From an uncultured Acidobacteriota bacterium (GTDB lineage: Bacteria; Acidobacteriota; Thermoanaerobaculia; Multivoradales; JAHEKO01): a stretch of DNA of 64,000 nt. Shown in pieces: positions 55,439 through 64,000 of the stretch. The notes under the pieces are model-generated. The model saw only the letters and a list, made by a program, of their open reading frames with translations. It searched no databases and was not told where the DNA came from. The stretch is taken from positions 192,001 through 256,000 of the forward strand of contig CAVQNG010000005.1 in the NCBI GenBank assembly GCA_963713825.1. Direction: 5' to 3'. The position numbers were made by a program, and so were the translations under genes. Positions within the stretch are counted from its first letter, which is position 1, and every line of letters starts with the position of its first letter.

Positions 55439-55972
55439 GTGACAACACCTCCAGTTCGACACATCTATCTGACCGGTTTCATGGGAGCGGGTAAGTCGAC
55501 TGTCGGTCGGGCCTTGGGCAAGAGCCTCGGCTGGAACTTCCTGGACCTCGACCGGTTCGTCGAAGAGCGCTGTCAGATGTCGATCTCACGGGTCTTCACC
55601 GAGAGGGGTGAGGACTGGTTCCGGCAGCAGGAGCACGAAGCTCTGGCGGCGGTTCCGAGCCAGGCCGAGACGGTCGTCGCCGTTGGAGGCGGAGCCCTGG
55701 TGCGGCCAGACAATCGGCGCTTGATGCGACAGAGAGGCGTCACGGTCTGGCTAGATGCGCCCTTTTCGCTTATCCTTCAGCGTCTGGGTGACGGCGAGCG
55801 CATGGCGAGGCCCCTGTTTTCCGATGAGGGTGCGGCCCGAGCGCTGTTCGACCAACGCCGATCGCTATATGCCCGCGCGGACCACGTTGTTCAAATACGA
55901 CCGGAGTCGGAACCCGAAGCTGTGGCCAAACACATCGTCAACCTGATCGAGAAGTCGATATGCGCTACCTGA
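55439..55972 (+). CDS. aroK: Shikimate kinase
   Basis: Motifs LTGFMGAGKSTVG, D.D, GE..FR, GGG, RP, R..LY. Confidence 0.93.
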   Translation: MTTPPVRHIYLTGFMGAGKSTVGRALGKSLGWNFLDLDRFVEERCQMSISRVFTERGEDWFRQQEHEALAAVPSQAETVVAVGGGALVRPDNRRLMRQRGVTVWLDAPFSLILQRLGDGERMARPLFSDEGAARALFDQRRSLYARADHVVQIRPESEPEAVAKHIVNLIEKSICAT

Positions 55973-56703
55973 TCGTCGCAGACATGCACGGCAACGGTCC
56001 GGCGCTGGCCGCAGTGCTGGATCATGCCAACGAGCGGGGCTTCGATGCGGCGCTCATTCTCGGCGACCTGGTGGGCTACGGGGCTTCGCCCAACGAGGTG
56101 GTAGGGACTCTCAGGGACCTGCCTGTTGCGAAGCACTTCGTGCGCGGGAACCACGACAAGGTGGCTGCCGGAATCACCGATGGCAGAGGCTTCAATCCGA
56201 CGGCCCTGGCTGCTGCTCGGTGGACTCAAGCGGCGCTGGCCGAGGACAACCTGGAGTTCGTGCGCGAGATGCCGCAGGGTCCACTGACTGTCGAGCCGGG
56301 CTTGGTGATCTGCCATGGAAGCCCATTCGATGAAGACGAGTACCTGCTCTCAGCGGGCCATGCCGAGGAGATCTTCGAGTCGATGCCGGGCCAGTGGACG
56401 TTCTTTGGCCATACCCACCTGCCGTCGTTGTTTCGCCGCTTCGAGGGGCGTGTCGAGGCCAGTTTGCTGGATGGCGAGGAGCAGGTTCTCCAGCTGGAGG
56501 GTGGAACCGACGTTCTGCTCAACCCGGGGTCGGTAGGCCAACCAAGGGACCGTGACCCCCGAGCCTCCTACATGCTCCTGGATACAGGGTCCTCTCGGGT
56601 CGAGCACTTCAGGGTCGAGTACTCGATCGTCGAAGCCCAGCAGGAGATCCGGCAGGCAGGGCTGCCCGACGCACTGGCGGACCGCCTGGTTCTCGGAATC
56701 TGA
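55960..56703 (+). CDS. Metallophosphoesterase
   Basis: Motifs D.HGN, LGDLVGYG, RGNHD, HGSP, GHTH, NPGSVGQPRD. Confidence 0.92.
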   Translation: MRYLIVADMHGNGPALAAVLDHANERGFDAALILGDLVGYGASPNEVVGTLRDLPVAKHFVRGNHDKVAAGITDGRGFNPTALAAARWTQAALAEDNLEFVREMPQGPLTVEPGLVICHGSPFDEDEYLLSAGHAEEIFESMPGQWTFFGHTHLPSLFRRFEGRVEASLLDGEEQVLQLEGGTDVLLNPGSVGQPRDRDPRASYMLLDTGSSRVEHFRVEYSIVEAQQEIRQAGLPDALADRLVLGI

Positions 56704-56762
56704 TCTGCGATGGAAGGCGGTTCCGGCTCGCTATCGACCGAGAACCAACAAAGTCGGGGGCA

Positions 56763-57740
56763 CTACTGCGGTGCGGCCCCGCCGATCACTGCACCAGATT
56801 CTGCCATTCTCAAGAGCTCTTCGAAGTCCGGGTCGCTCCCGCCGGCCATTTCGAGGCCGATTTGCCAGGTGTCGACGGCCTGCTCGACCTCGCCGAGCTG
56901 ATACAGAGCCAGGCCACGGTAGAGCAACGCCTGCTGATGGTCGGGATAGGTCGCCAGAACCCTGTCGAGAAGGTCCCTCCCGACCTCGAACTGCCCCATG
57001 CTGACACGCACGATGCCGTGGACCAGCAGGGCGTCGGGATCGTCGGGGAGGCGCTGCAATACCTCGCCAGCCAAGGAGAAGGCCTCGAAGAACTGGCCTG
57101 CCGACAACAGGATGAGAGACAGCTGTTTCTTGGCAGCCCAGTCTTCGGGATCGTTGACGATGCGTGTCTGCAGTTCCGCCGCCTGTGCCGCGAGCGCTGG
57201 CGGCAATGCCGCCATCTGGCCCGAATGGGGATCTTCGGAAGCTCCAGGCGCGGCCTGAGCCATCGGCTGCTGCGCTGCCGGTTTCGCATCGCGCACGGCG
57301 AAGTAGACCAGCAGGGCGACAATTCCAACCATGGCGGCACCGATGAGGACGCCCGTGAGCATGGGGCGGCCCCGCGGGGCAGTGCCATCGGTCGGCGGCT
57401 GCCGGGCTTCGTCCAGCTCGTCTTGTTCGACGGTTTCCGCCTTGGCAGGTGCGATCTCGGGCTGCTGCTCCTGGAGTCGATCGAGCTCCATGAGAGTCCT
57501 GGCGGCCGCGTCCACGAGGGAGTCGCGCTCGGACTGGCTCAGATTGTCCTCGTCGGCTGCTCGCAGCCGCCGATAGAGGTCGTCCCGCCGGTCCTCCAGG
57601 TCGCGGATCTTGAGGGCAACGTCGGCTGCTTCCGCTTCTTTCTCCGCCGCCTGATGGCGAAATCGGAGGGCCAGCCAGATGCCCGTCGCCAGGCCCACCG
57701 CCAGCACCAGCAAGCTCGGCGCCCAAGTCATCTCATTCAC
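56763..57740 (-). CDS. ccmI: CcmI/CycH-like TPR protein
   Basis: Two TM helices, coiled coil and C-terminal TPRs. Last gene of the ccm operon. Confidence 0.75.
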   Translation of the reverse strand: MNEMTWAPSLLVLAVGLATGIWLALRFRHQAAEKEAEAADVALKIRDLEDRRDDLYRRLRAADEDNLSQSERDSLVDAAARTLMELDRLQEQQPEIAPAKAETVEQDELDEARQPPTDGTAPRGRPMLTGVLIGAAMVGIVALLVYFAVRDAKPAAQQPMAQAAPGASEDPHSGQMAALPPALAAQAAELQTRIVNDPEDWAAKKQLSLILLSAGQFFEAFSLAGEVLQRLPDDPDALLVHGIVRVSMGQFEVGRDLLDRVLATYPDHQQALLYRGLALYQLGEVEQAVDTWQIGLEMAGGSDPDFEELLRMAESGAVIGGAAPQ

Positions 57741-58279
57741 GATGCAACCTCCCGTCTGACTCGCTCCCGGTAGCTTTCGAGCTCATTCTCCGAGCTCGAC
57801 ACAGCGGGAGTCGACTCCTCTGAAGCGACGGCTGCCGGCTTTTTCATTCTCGCCGCCAGAAAGATCAGGCCGCCCAAAAGCACGGCAAGAGGTGCTAGCC
57901 AGACGAGAAGGTTGAATCCCCTGGCTTTCGGCTCGAGACGGATGAACTCGCCATAGGACTGCTCGAAGTATTCCAGCACCTGCGACTCCGAGTAGCCTTT
58001 CGACAGCATATCCCTGACTTCGCTCTTCATCGCCATGGCGAGGGCCGTCGGCGAGTCGGCGATGGAGAGACCCTGGCAGACCGGGCAACGCATGATCCCG
58101 GCGACGTCCTCGGTGATGAGGTCTAGCTCCGGGCCGGAGAGCGGTGGGCCGGCGGGCTCACCCACGAGGTCCCAGTTGGCGGCCCCGATGGGCGCCTCCT
58201 GGCCCGTCGCGGCAGGCGAGACGCAGACCGAAAGAGCGATGAGAAGTAGGGCAGAACCGATTGAACGCATGGCTATCAT
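57737..58279 (-). CDS. ccmH: Cytochrome c maturation protein CcmH
   Basis: Motifs MRCPVCQG.SIADS, YGEFI.LEP. ATG overlaps the ccmG stop. Confidence 0.92.
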   Translation of the reverse strand: MIAMRSIGSALLLIALSVCVSPAATGQEAPIGAANWDLVGEPAGPPLSGPELDLITEDVAGIMRCPVCQGLSIADSPTALAMAMKSEVRDMLSKGYSESQVLEYFEQSYGEFIRLEPKARGFNLLVWLAPLAVLLGGLIFLAARMKKPAAVASEESTPAVSSSENELESYRERVRREVAS

Positions 58280-58797
58280 CCGCTGCTGAGCATGCCGTTG
58301 AGGAGACTTGCGAGCTCGTTGGGGTGAAGTGCGCCGGTGGCCTTCTTGATGATCACACCATCCCGGTCGATGAAGAAGGTCTCGGGCGCTCCGTAGACAC
58401 CATAGGCAATCGCGACGGTACCGGCGTCGTCTACAAGGCTGGGTCCCCAGGCCCCACGTCGATCGATGAAAGCCTGGATATTCTCCGGCTCGTCCTGGTA
58501 GATCACGCCGAGGAACTCGACAGAGCCTTCGTATTGCTTGGCCCCAGCTTGTAGCACCGGATGCTCGGCGATACAGGGCTGGCACCATGTGGCCCAGAAG
58601 TTGATGACCACTGGCTTGCCGCGCAGATCGGCCAGTCGCACCATCTCGCCGTCCAGACCGCGCAGAGCGAAGTCGGGAGCGGCCCTGCCGACCAGGGGTG
58701 AGTCGATCGCTCGGGGATCCTTGCCGAACGACAGGGCGAGGAAGACGAGGAGAGGAGTGACGATCAATGCTCCTACAATGAGCACTTTCCGATTCAT
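58276..58797 (-). CDS. ccmG: Thiol:disulfide interchange protein CcmG/DsbE
   Basis: Motifs NFWATWCQPC..EHP, YGVYGAPETF. Confidence 0.92.
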   Translation of the reverse strand: MNRKVLIVGALIVTPLLVFLALSFGKDPRAIDSPLVGRAAPDFALRGLDGEMVRLADLRGKPVVINFWATWCQPCIAEHPVLQAGAKQYEGSVEFLGVIYQDEPENIQAFIDRRGAWGPSLVDDAGTVAIAYGVYGAPETFFIDRDGVIIKKATGALHPNELASLLNGMLSSG

Positions 58798-60779
58798 CAG
58801 GTCGTTGCCTCCACAGTTCTGGCGCTCTTGGCCGTGGCCGCGGATCGGGGTGGAATCAGGCAGACGACTGTGCCAGCCACCATGATCAAGACGCCGAGCC
58901 AGACCCAGACTACAGCCGGAGTCACGATAGCCCGCAGGCCAATGCGTCCGTCCTCACCGACACTCATGACCGTCAGGTAGAGGTCATGGGTCAGTGTCGT
59001 GCGCACGGCGGGGGTGCCGATGGGCTCCCTCTGAGTCGGATAGTGATTGAATCTCGGTTCGAGGATTCCCTTGTCCTTGCCCTTGTGCACGACCTGGATG
59101 GTCGCCTTCTCGGCGGTCAGATGGGGCTCGCGCTCGATGGTGAGCTGAGTGAACGTCAGATCGTAGCCACCGACAGCGGCCGATTGACCCGGCGCCAGGG
59201 TCGCCTCCAGATTCTCCTTGTAGGTCGAGGAGATGGCGATCGCCACGAACGTTACGATGACTCCCAAATGCACGAGATAGGCGCCTGTCCGCCGCGGTGC
59301 GCGAACGAAGGTCTGGAGAACCGCCTGCCCGGCGGATTCGCCCTTCTTCGCACGGAGGCGCGCTGGCCGCAAGGCCTGATCCAAAGTGACCCAAAGGGCG
59401 TAACCGGCCAGGAAGGCGGTCAACAGTATCGACCAGGATCGCGCCCCGGCCAGCAGCGCCAGAATGAGTCCGACAACGGCGGCTGGCAGCGGCCAGACGA
59501 GGGCTCTCTGTAGAGCCTGCTTGTCAGCTCGGCCCCAAGGTAGGGCCGGGCCGATGCCGATCAGAGCCAGCAATCCGAGGCAGATCGGTACCGCCATGCG
59601 ATTGAAATAGGGCTCACCGACGCTGACCTTCACCCCACGTACAGCCTCGGCAATGATGGGGAAGATCGTGCCGACCAGCACCGTGAAGGTAAAGGTGACC
59701 AGCAGCAGATTGTTGAGAAGGAACGCTCCTTCCCGGGCTACGACAGCGTCCTCCGAAGGTTCGGAGACCAGAGTGTCGATCCGCAAACTGAGCAGGATGA
59801 TCGAGGCTACCAGAGCGATGCCGAGGAAGATCAGAAAGAGAGGCCCGATCGGGCTCTGGGTGAAGGAGTGAACCGAGTTGACGACACCGGATCGGGTCAG
59901 GAAGGTGCCCAGGATGGTGAGCAGGAACGTCACCATCACAAGAATCACGGTCCAGGCCTTGAGGGTGCCGCGGCGCTGTTGCACAACCGCGGAATGGAGT
60001 GCGGCAATCGCTGTCAGCCAGGGCAGGAAGGATGCGTTCTCGACGGGATCCCAGGCCCAGTAGCCGCCCCATCCCAGCACCTCGTAGGACCACCAGCCAC
60101 CCAGCATGATGCCCAGAGTCAGAAAGCTCGTGGGCACCAGAAGCCAGTTGCGGAGTGGGCGCAGCCAGCTGGCACCCAACTGGCCTCGCAGCAAGGCCGC
60201 GACGGCCATGGCGAACGGTACGCTCATGCCGACATAGCCGAGGTAGAGCATCGGCGGGTGGATGATCATCAGGATGTGGTTCTGCAGCAACGGATTCGGG
60301 CCAGGGCCATCCGTCGGGATGGGCAGGGGCGTTGGCCGGAACGGATTGGCCGGTCCGGCGATCAGGAAGCTGAAGAATAAACCGATGAGGAAGAGAGTGC
60401 CCAGGGTATAGGCCAGGTAGTCTTCGTGGCCTCTGCGCTGCAGCAGTGTCACCCCGGCGGTGAAAAGCCCCAGAACCAGACCCCAGAACAGAATGGAGCC
60501 CTCCAGGGAAGACCAGAGGGAGACGATCGTGATGTGCAGCGGTGTGGCCAGCGAACCGACGCTAGCGACATAGGACACGGAGAAGTCCCTGGTGACCAGG
60601 GCGTACTCCATAATGAGGTTGGCCAAGATCATGAACAGCGCAAAGGCCAACGCCATGCGGCGGGTCCACTGCAGGCCAGCAGCCGATCGGCTCGCCCCCG
60701 CAAAGAAGCCGAGAGGCGCCCCGATTGCACAGGTCATGAGGGCCAGGAGAACGGCCGCTGAGCCGAGTTGGCTGATCAC
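58797..60779 (-). CDS. ccmF: Heme lyase CcmF
   Basis: Motifs EGS.LFW, NPLLQN, HPP.LY.GY, WGGYWAWDPVENAS, SVHSF. Confidence 0.97.
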   Translation of the reverse strand: MISQLGSAAVLLALMTCAIGAPLGFFAGASRSAAGLQWTRRMALAFALFMILANLIMEYALVTRDFSVSYVASVGSLATPLHITIVSLWSSLEGSILFWGLVLGLFTAGVTLLQRRGHEDYLAYTLGTLFLIGLFFSFLIAGPANPFRPTPLPIPTDGPGPNPLLQNHILMIIHPPMLYLGYVGMSVPFAMAVAALLRGQLGASWLRPLRNWLLVPTSFLTLGIMLGGWWSYEVLGWGGYWAWDPVENASFLPWLTAIAALHSAVVQQRRGTLKAWTVILVMVTFLLTILGTFLTRSGVVNSVHSFTQSPIGPLFLIFLGIALVASIILLSLRIDTLVSEPSEDAVVAREGAFLLNNLLLVTFTFTVLVGTIFPIIAEAVRGVKVSVGEPYFNRMAVPICLGLLALIGIGPALPWGRADKQALQRALVWPLPAAVVGLILALLAGARSWSILLTAFLAGYALWVTLDQALRPARLRAKKGESAGQAVLQTFVRAPRRTGAYLVHLGVIVTFVAIAISSTYKENLEATLAPGQSAAVGGYDLTFTQLTIEREPHLTAEKATIQVVHKGKDKGILEPRFNHYPTQREPIGTPAVRTTLTHDLYLTVMSVGEDGRIGLRAIVTPAVVWVWLGVLIMVAGTVVCLIPPRSAATAKSARTVEATT

Positions 60780-61267
60780 TCTGCGCTCTCCTTCTCCTTG
60801 GCCTGCTTGTCCATCTCGAACTGCATGGACTTCATCATTTCGGCCATGTCCACACTCTCACCGTCACCGGGCGCCTGATACTGGTTGTCGTGCTTGACCA
60901 GGAGGCGTTGGGTTTCGAATTGGCCAGCCCGATTGACGGAGCCTTCGACCACCACGCCGACACCTTCGCGGAACATGGCGGGCGGCACCGATTTCGTGCT
61001 GATCGGAATGCTGGCCTCGCCGTCGGTGACGGCGAACTTCAGGGTCAGACCGTCCTCACTGTGTTGAATCGTGCCCGGCTCCACCAGGCCACCGAGTCGG
61101 ATGGTGGCTCCGAGGGCTTTGTCGCCCGAGGCTTCGAGCTCCGTCGGACTCCAGTAGTAGACGAGGTTCTCTCCGATACCACCAAAAGCCAGGAAGGCCA
61201 GTACTCCAGCGGCGACCATGATGGCGACAACTGCCAGGATTCGACGTCGATTTCTTTCGCTGCTCAT
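60776..61267 (-). CDS. ccmE: Heme chaperone CcmE
   Basis: Motifs N.VYY.SP, IRLGGLV, P..FREG.G.VVEG, KHDNQY (HxxxY). Confidence 0.93.
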   Translation of the reverse strand: MSSERNRRRILAVVAIMVAAGVLAFLAFGGIGENLVYYWSPTELEASGDKALGATIRLGGLVEPGTIQHSEDGLTLKFAVTDGEASIPISTKSVPPAMFREGVGVVVEGSVNRAGQFETQRLLVKHDNQYQAPGDGESVDMAEMMKSMQFEMDKQAKEKESAE

Positions 61268-61280
61268 GCTAGAAGTCCTC

Positions 61281-61406
61281 TTACTCGAGTTCGGTTTTCC
61301 GGCGGCGGTGAATAAGGCTCCATGCATACACGGCCAGTCCCGCCACGGTAATGCTGTAGGCTGCTACTACGTAACTCCAACCACCGACAATAACGCCATC
61401 AGTCAT
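61281..61406 (-). CDS. ccmD: Heme exporter protein CcmD (41 aa, absent from the ORF track)
   Basis: Manual translation gives MTDGVIVGGWSYVVAAYSITVAGLAVYAWSLIHRRRKTELE*. AGGAGG RBS; located between ccmC and ccmE. Confidence 0.85.
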   Translation of the reverse strand: MTDGVIVGGWSYVVAAYSITVAGLAVYAWSLIHRRRKTELE

Positions 61407-62100
61407 GGCTCGATCCTCCTATGGGGGCTAGGCGCTCCGGCTCTGCCACATTGTCCTGACGCCTTCTGGCGAGCTCCAGTCGGGCCCGCTGAGCCATCAT
61501 CCAAATGGCGATAAACAGGATCGCGAAGGCGTTGATCCGCAGCGGCACGACCATCATGGGAGCCACGGTGTCCGGAGTGGACTGTACCTGATGGAGGCTG
61601 CGCCACCAGCGGACGCAGAAGTAGACCAGGGGCACATCGACGAAGGCGACGATCGTGGCAATCGCGGTCCAGGTGGCTCGCCGGCCCGAATCGTGGACGA
61701 ACGAGCGCAGCGCCAGGACGCCGGCAAACAACAGGAGCATGATGAGCGAGGTCGTCAACCGGACGTCCCAGTCCCACCAGACACCCCATGTCGCCCGCGC
61801 CCAGATGCTGCCTTGGACCAGGAGCAGTGCATTCAGGACGATGCCCACTTCGGCGGCGGCCGTCGTCATCGCATCCCATTTCGGGCGATGCGTCCAAAGC
61901 GAGACGATAGCGAAGATGAAGGCGAGGGTGTAGAGCAGCATCGCATTCCACGCACAGGGCACGTGGACATACATGATGCGCTGCACCTCGCCCATGTAGC
62001 GCTCGGCCGGCGCCACGAAGAGCCCGATATAGCTGCCGATGAAAAGCAGCAGCAGGCCCAACAGGCCGAGGCCCGAGTCCCATTTGAATTGGCGCGTCAT
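61399..62100 (-). CDS. ccmC: Heme exporter CcmC
   Basis: Motifs RIMYVHVP, GSIWA..TWG.WW.WD.RLT, WWRSLHQ. Confidence 0.95.
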   Translation of the reverse strand: MTRQFKWDSGLGLLGLLLLFIGSYIGLFVAPAERYMGEVQRIMYVHVPCAWNAMLLYTLAFIFAIVSLWTHRPKWDAMTTAAAEVGIVLNALLLVQGSIWARATWGVWWDWDVRLTTSLIMLLLFAGVLALRSFVHDSGRRATWTAIATIVAFVDVPLVYFCVRWWRSLHQVQSTPDTVAPMMVVPLRINAFAILFIAIWMMAQRARLELARRRQDNVAEPERLAPIGGSSHD

Positions 62101-62783
62101 ATGCCCTCCTCGATGGCGTGTGGGAAAAGCAGGCCACAGAGACTCCAGTAGATGATGGCGAAGCTTGCCAGCAATGTGGCCCACGAACCGACCTGAGACA
62201 TAGGGTCACCCGTCAAAATCAGGGTGGTGGACTTGACCGCCCCCATGAGAACAGGAATAACCAGGGGAAACAGCAGCAGAGGCAGGAGAACGTCCTGGCT
62301 CTGCAGGCGACTCGTCATGGCGGCGTAAAGGGTTCCGGGAGCCGATAGGCCCGCTGCCGCCAACGTCCACAGGCCAAGCAGCACCGCCAGACCCTTGAGA
62401 TCCAGTTCAACGGAGTAGAGGATCAGCCCCACCGGAGTCAGTACCGGTGCCAGCAACATCAGGAACAGCGTGTTGCTCAGCGTCTTGCCGTAGTAGAGGG
62501 CGATAGGGTCGACCGGCAGCAGTAGGAGGCCCTCGATGGCTCGTTGCTCCTGTTCGACTCTGAAGCTCTCCGAAAGGCCCAGGGTCGAGCTCAACAAGAG
62601 GGCGAGAACCAGGAATCCTCCAGCCGCGGCCCGCAGCAGCGTGCTGTCCGGACCGACCGCGAACGAGAACAGCAACAGGGTGACGACCCCGAACAGCAGG
62701 ACGGAGATCAAACGACCCTTGCCTCGCCATTCCAGCAAGAGATCCTTGCGCACGACCGTCATGGCCTGACCGAGCAGATTCAT
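62097..62783 (-). CDS. ccmB: Heme exporter CcmB
   Basis: Motifs KDLLLEWR, F..E....IEGLLL.P, LLPLLLFPL.IP. Confidence 0.93.
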   Translation of the reverse strand: MNLLGQAMTVVRKDLLLEWRGKGRLISVLLFGVVTLLLFSFAVGPDSTLLRAAAGGFLVLALLLSSTLGLSESFRVEQEQRAIEGLLLLPVDPIALYYGKTLSNTLFLMLLAPVLTPVGLILYSVELDLKGLAVLLGLWTLAAAGLSAPGTLYAAMTSRLQSQDVLLPLLLFPLVIPVLMGAVKSTTLILTGDPMSQVGSWATLLASFAIIYWSLCGLLFPHAIEEGI

Positions 62784-63490
62784 ACCGTCGTACCCACGTG
62801 GTCCAGCAGCTCGTTTCCGGTGCCCTGCCAGAGCATCTGTCCTTGCTGCAGGAGAATCGCCCGATCGCACAGCTTCGTTGACCGCGGCAGGTTGTGAGAG
62901 GCGAGAACAACGGTCTTGCCGGCCGTGCGGTACCCTTCGATCCACTCCTCGATGAGATTCTGCCCCGCGGCATCGAGGGCGGAGAAGGGCTCGTCCAGAA
63001 GCACGAGCTTGGGTTTCTCGAGCCTGGTGCGTAGCAGTGTGAGGCGCTTTCTCATGCCAGCTGAGAACCCTCCAACCGGATAGTCCCGGCGATCGTCGAG
63101 GTCTACCTCGCGCAGGAGCTCGATCGCCTGCTCCTCGGCCAGCTCCATGCCGCCGAGCCGGGTCCAGACCTGGAGCATCTCGAGAGCTGACAGTTGTGAG
63201 TAGAGGTAGTTGTCATGCCCCACCAGCGTCAGGGTGCGACGGCAGGCCAGCTTCTCCTGTTCCGGGTCCATCCCGTAGATCATCATGCTGCCTTGGGTCG
63301 GCTTGTAGAGGCCGGCAATGAGTCGCAGAAGTGTCGTCTTGCCCGAACCGTTGGCGCCGGCCAGGAGCAGGACCTCGCCGGGGCGGACTTCGAGATCGCA
63401 ATGCGCCAGGGCCCACTGGCGTCCGAACCGCTTTCCGAGGCTGGTGGTCTGGACGGCAAGAGGAGCGGAGTCTGCGGCGCGGGTAGACAT
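62780..63490 (-). CDS. ccmA: Heme ABC exporter ATPase CcmA
   Basis: Walker A GANGSGKTT, signature FSAGMRKR, LLDEPFSALD, H-loop. Confidence 0.92.
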   Translation of the reverse strand: MSTRAADSAPLAVQTTSLGKRFGRQWALAHCDLEVRPGEVLLLAGANGSGKTTLLRLIAGLYKPTQGSMMIYGMDPEQEKLACRRTLTLVGHDNYLYSQLSALEMLQVWTRLGGMELAEEQAIELLREVDLDDRRDYPVGGFSAGMRKRLTLLRTRLEKPKLVLLDEPFSALDAAGQNLIEEWIEGYRTAGKTVVLASHNLPRSTKLCDRAILLQQGQMLWQGTGNELLDHVGTTV

Positions 63491-63667
63491 GATTGGGGCT
63501 GTGATTGGTGGTACGCGGGTCGGGAAAAGACAGATCTACGACAACCACCCAGTCTGGACCCGCAGCGGGTAGGCATCGGCCGCCAACTCTAGCAGAATCC
63601 TGCGGGCTAGCGACAGTTGCCGACAACGCCACGAATCATGCCATGGACGCCAGGGAAGTGTCGTAGC

Positions 63668-64000
63668 ATGGGGCTCGTGACCGTCAAGCGACTCTCAATC
63701 GTCGGCGCTTTGATTCTGGCCTCTTGCAGTGGTGCTCATGCTCCGGAAGGAGCCGTGGACAGGTACACCTGGGAGGTCTCCGACCTGCAGGAGCGTGGGA
63801 TGCTCCTGCTGCTGGAGGATCGGCGCCAATACGACCCGTTTGCGGTCGAAATGACGCGAGATGCCAACCCGGATTTGCGCGCTGATCTGGCAGGAACTCT
63901 GGGAAGAGTACGCGACCCGCAGGGATTGACCATCCTCGAGGAGTTGTTGGCCGACCCAGAGGCGGTCGTTCGACGCGCTGCGGCCTTTGGGCTTGGGCTG
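63668..64000 (+). CDS. HEAT-repeat lipoprotein, 3'-truncated by the window edge
   Basis: Manual translation MGLVTVKRLSIVGALILASC...LADPEAVVRRAAAFGLGL, open to the window end. Lipobox LASC. Confidence 0.75.
   Translation, partial: MGLVTVKRLSIVGALILASCSGAHAPEGAVDRYTWEVSDLQERGMLLLLEDRRQYDPFAVEMTRDANPDLRADLAGTLGRVRDPQGLTILEELLADPEAVVRRAAAFGLGL

Overview
GC-rich bacterial chromosomal window, mostly housekeeping. Gene content suggests Acidobacteriota, possibly Thermoanaerobaculia; this is inferred, not proven. It carries two type IVa pilus loci (pilT-pilC-pilS-pilR, and pilMNOPQ followed by three lipoproteins, a TPR protein, an MglC-like roadblock protein and accBC). It also has split-alpha transhydrogenase pntAA/AB/B, tmk-holB, lolA-tgt-yajC-secDF-rel, rpmB, moeA, folK, and a complete cytochrome c maturation operon ccmABCDEFGHI, whose ccmD is missing from the ORF track. 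The main non-ORF signals are four. (1) A tRNA-Sec gene (selC) lies directly downstream of an FmdB zinc-ribbon gene whose TGA is followed by a bacterial SECIS-like hairpin, so this is a probable unannotated selenoprotein. (2) Direct and inverted copies of the selC 3' end follow the tRNA. (3) A c-di-GMP-I riboswitch sits upstream of a secreted FG-GAP repeat protein. (4) An unexplained 421-bp rod-like palindromic element with ~72-bp terminal inverted repeats and periodic G-tracts lies between convergent genes. No CRISPR array, integrase, transposase or reverse transcriptase was seen.
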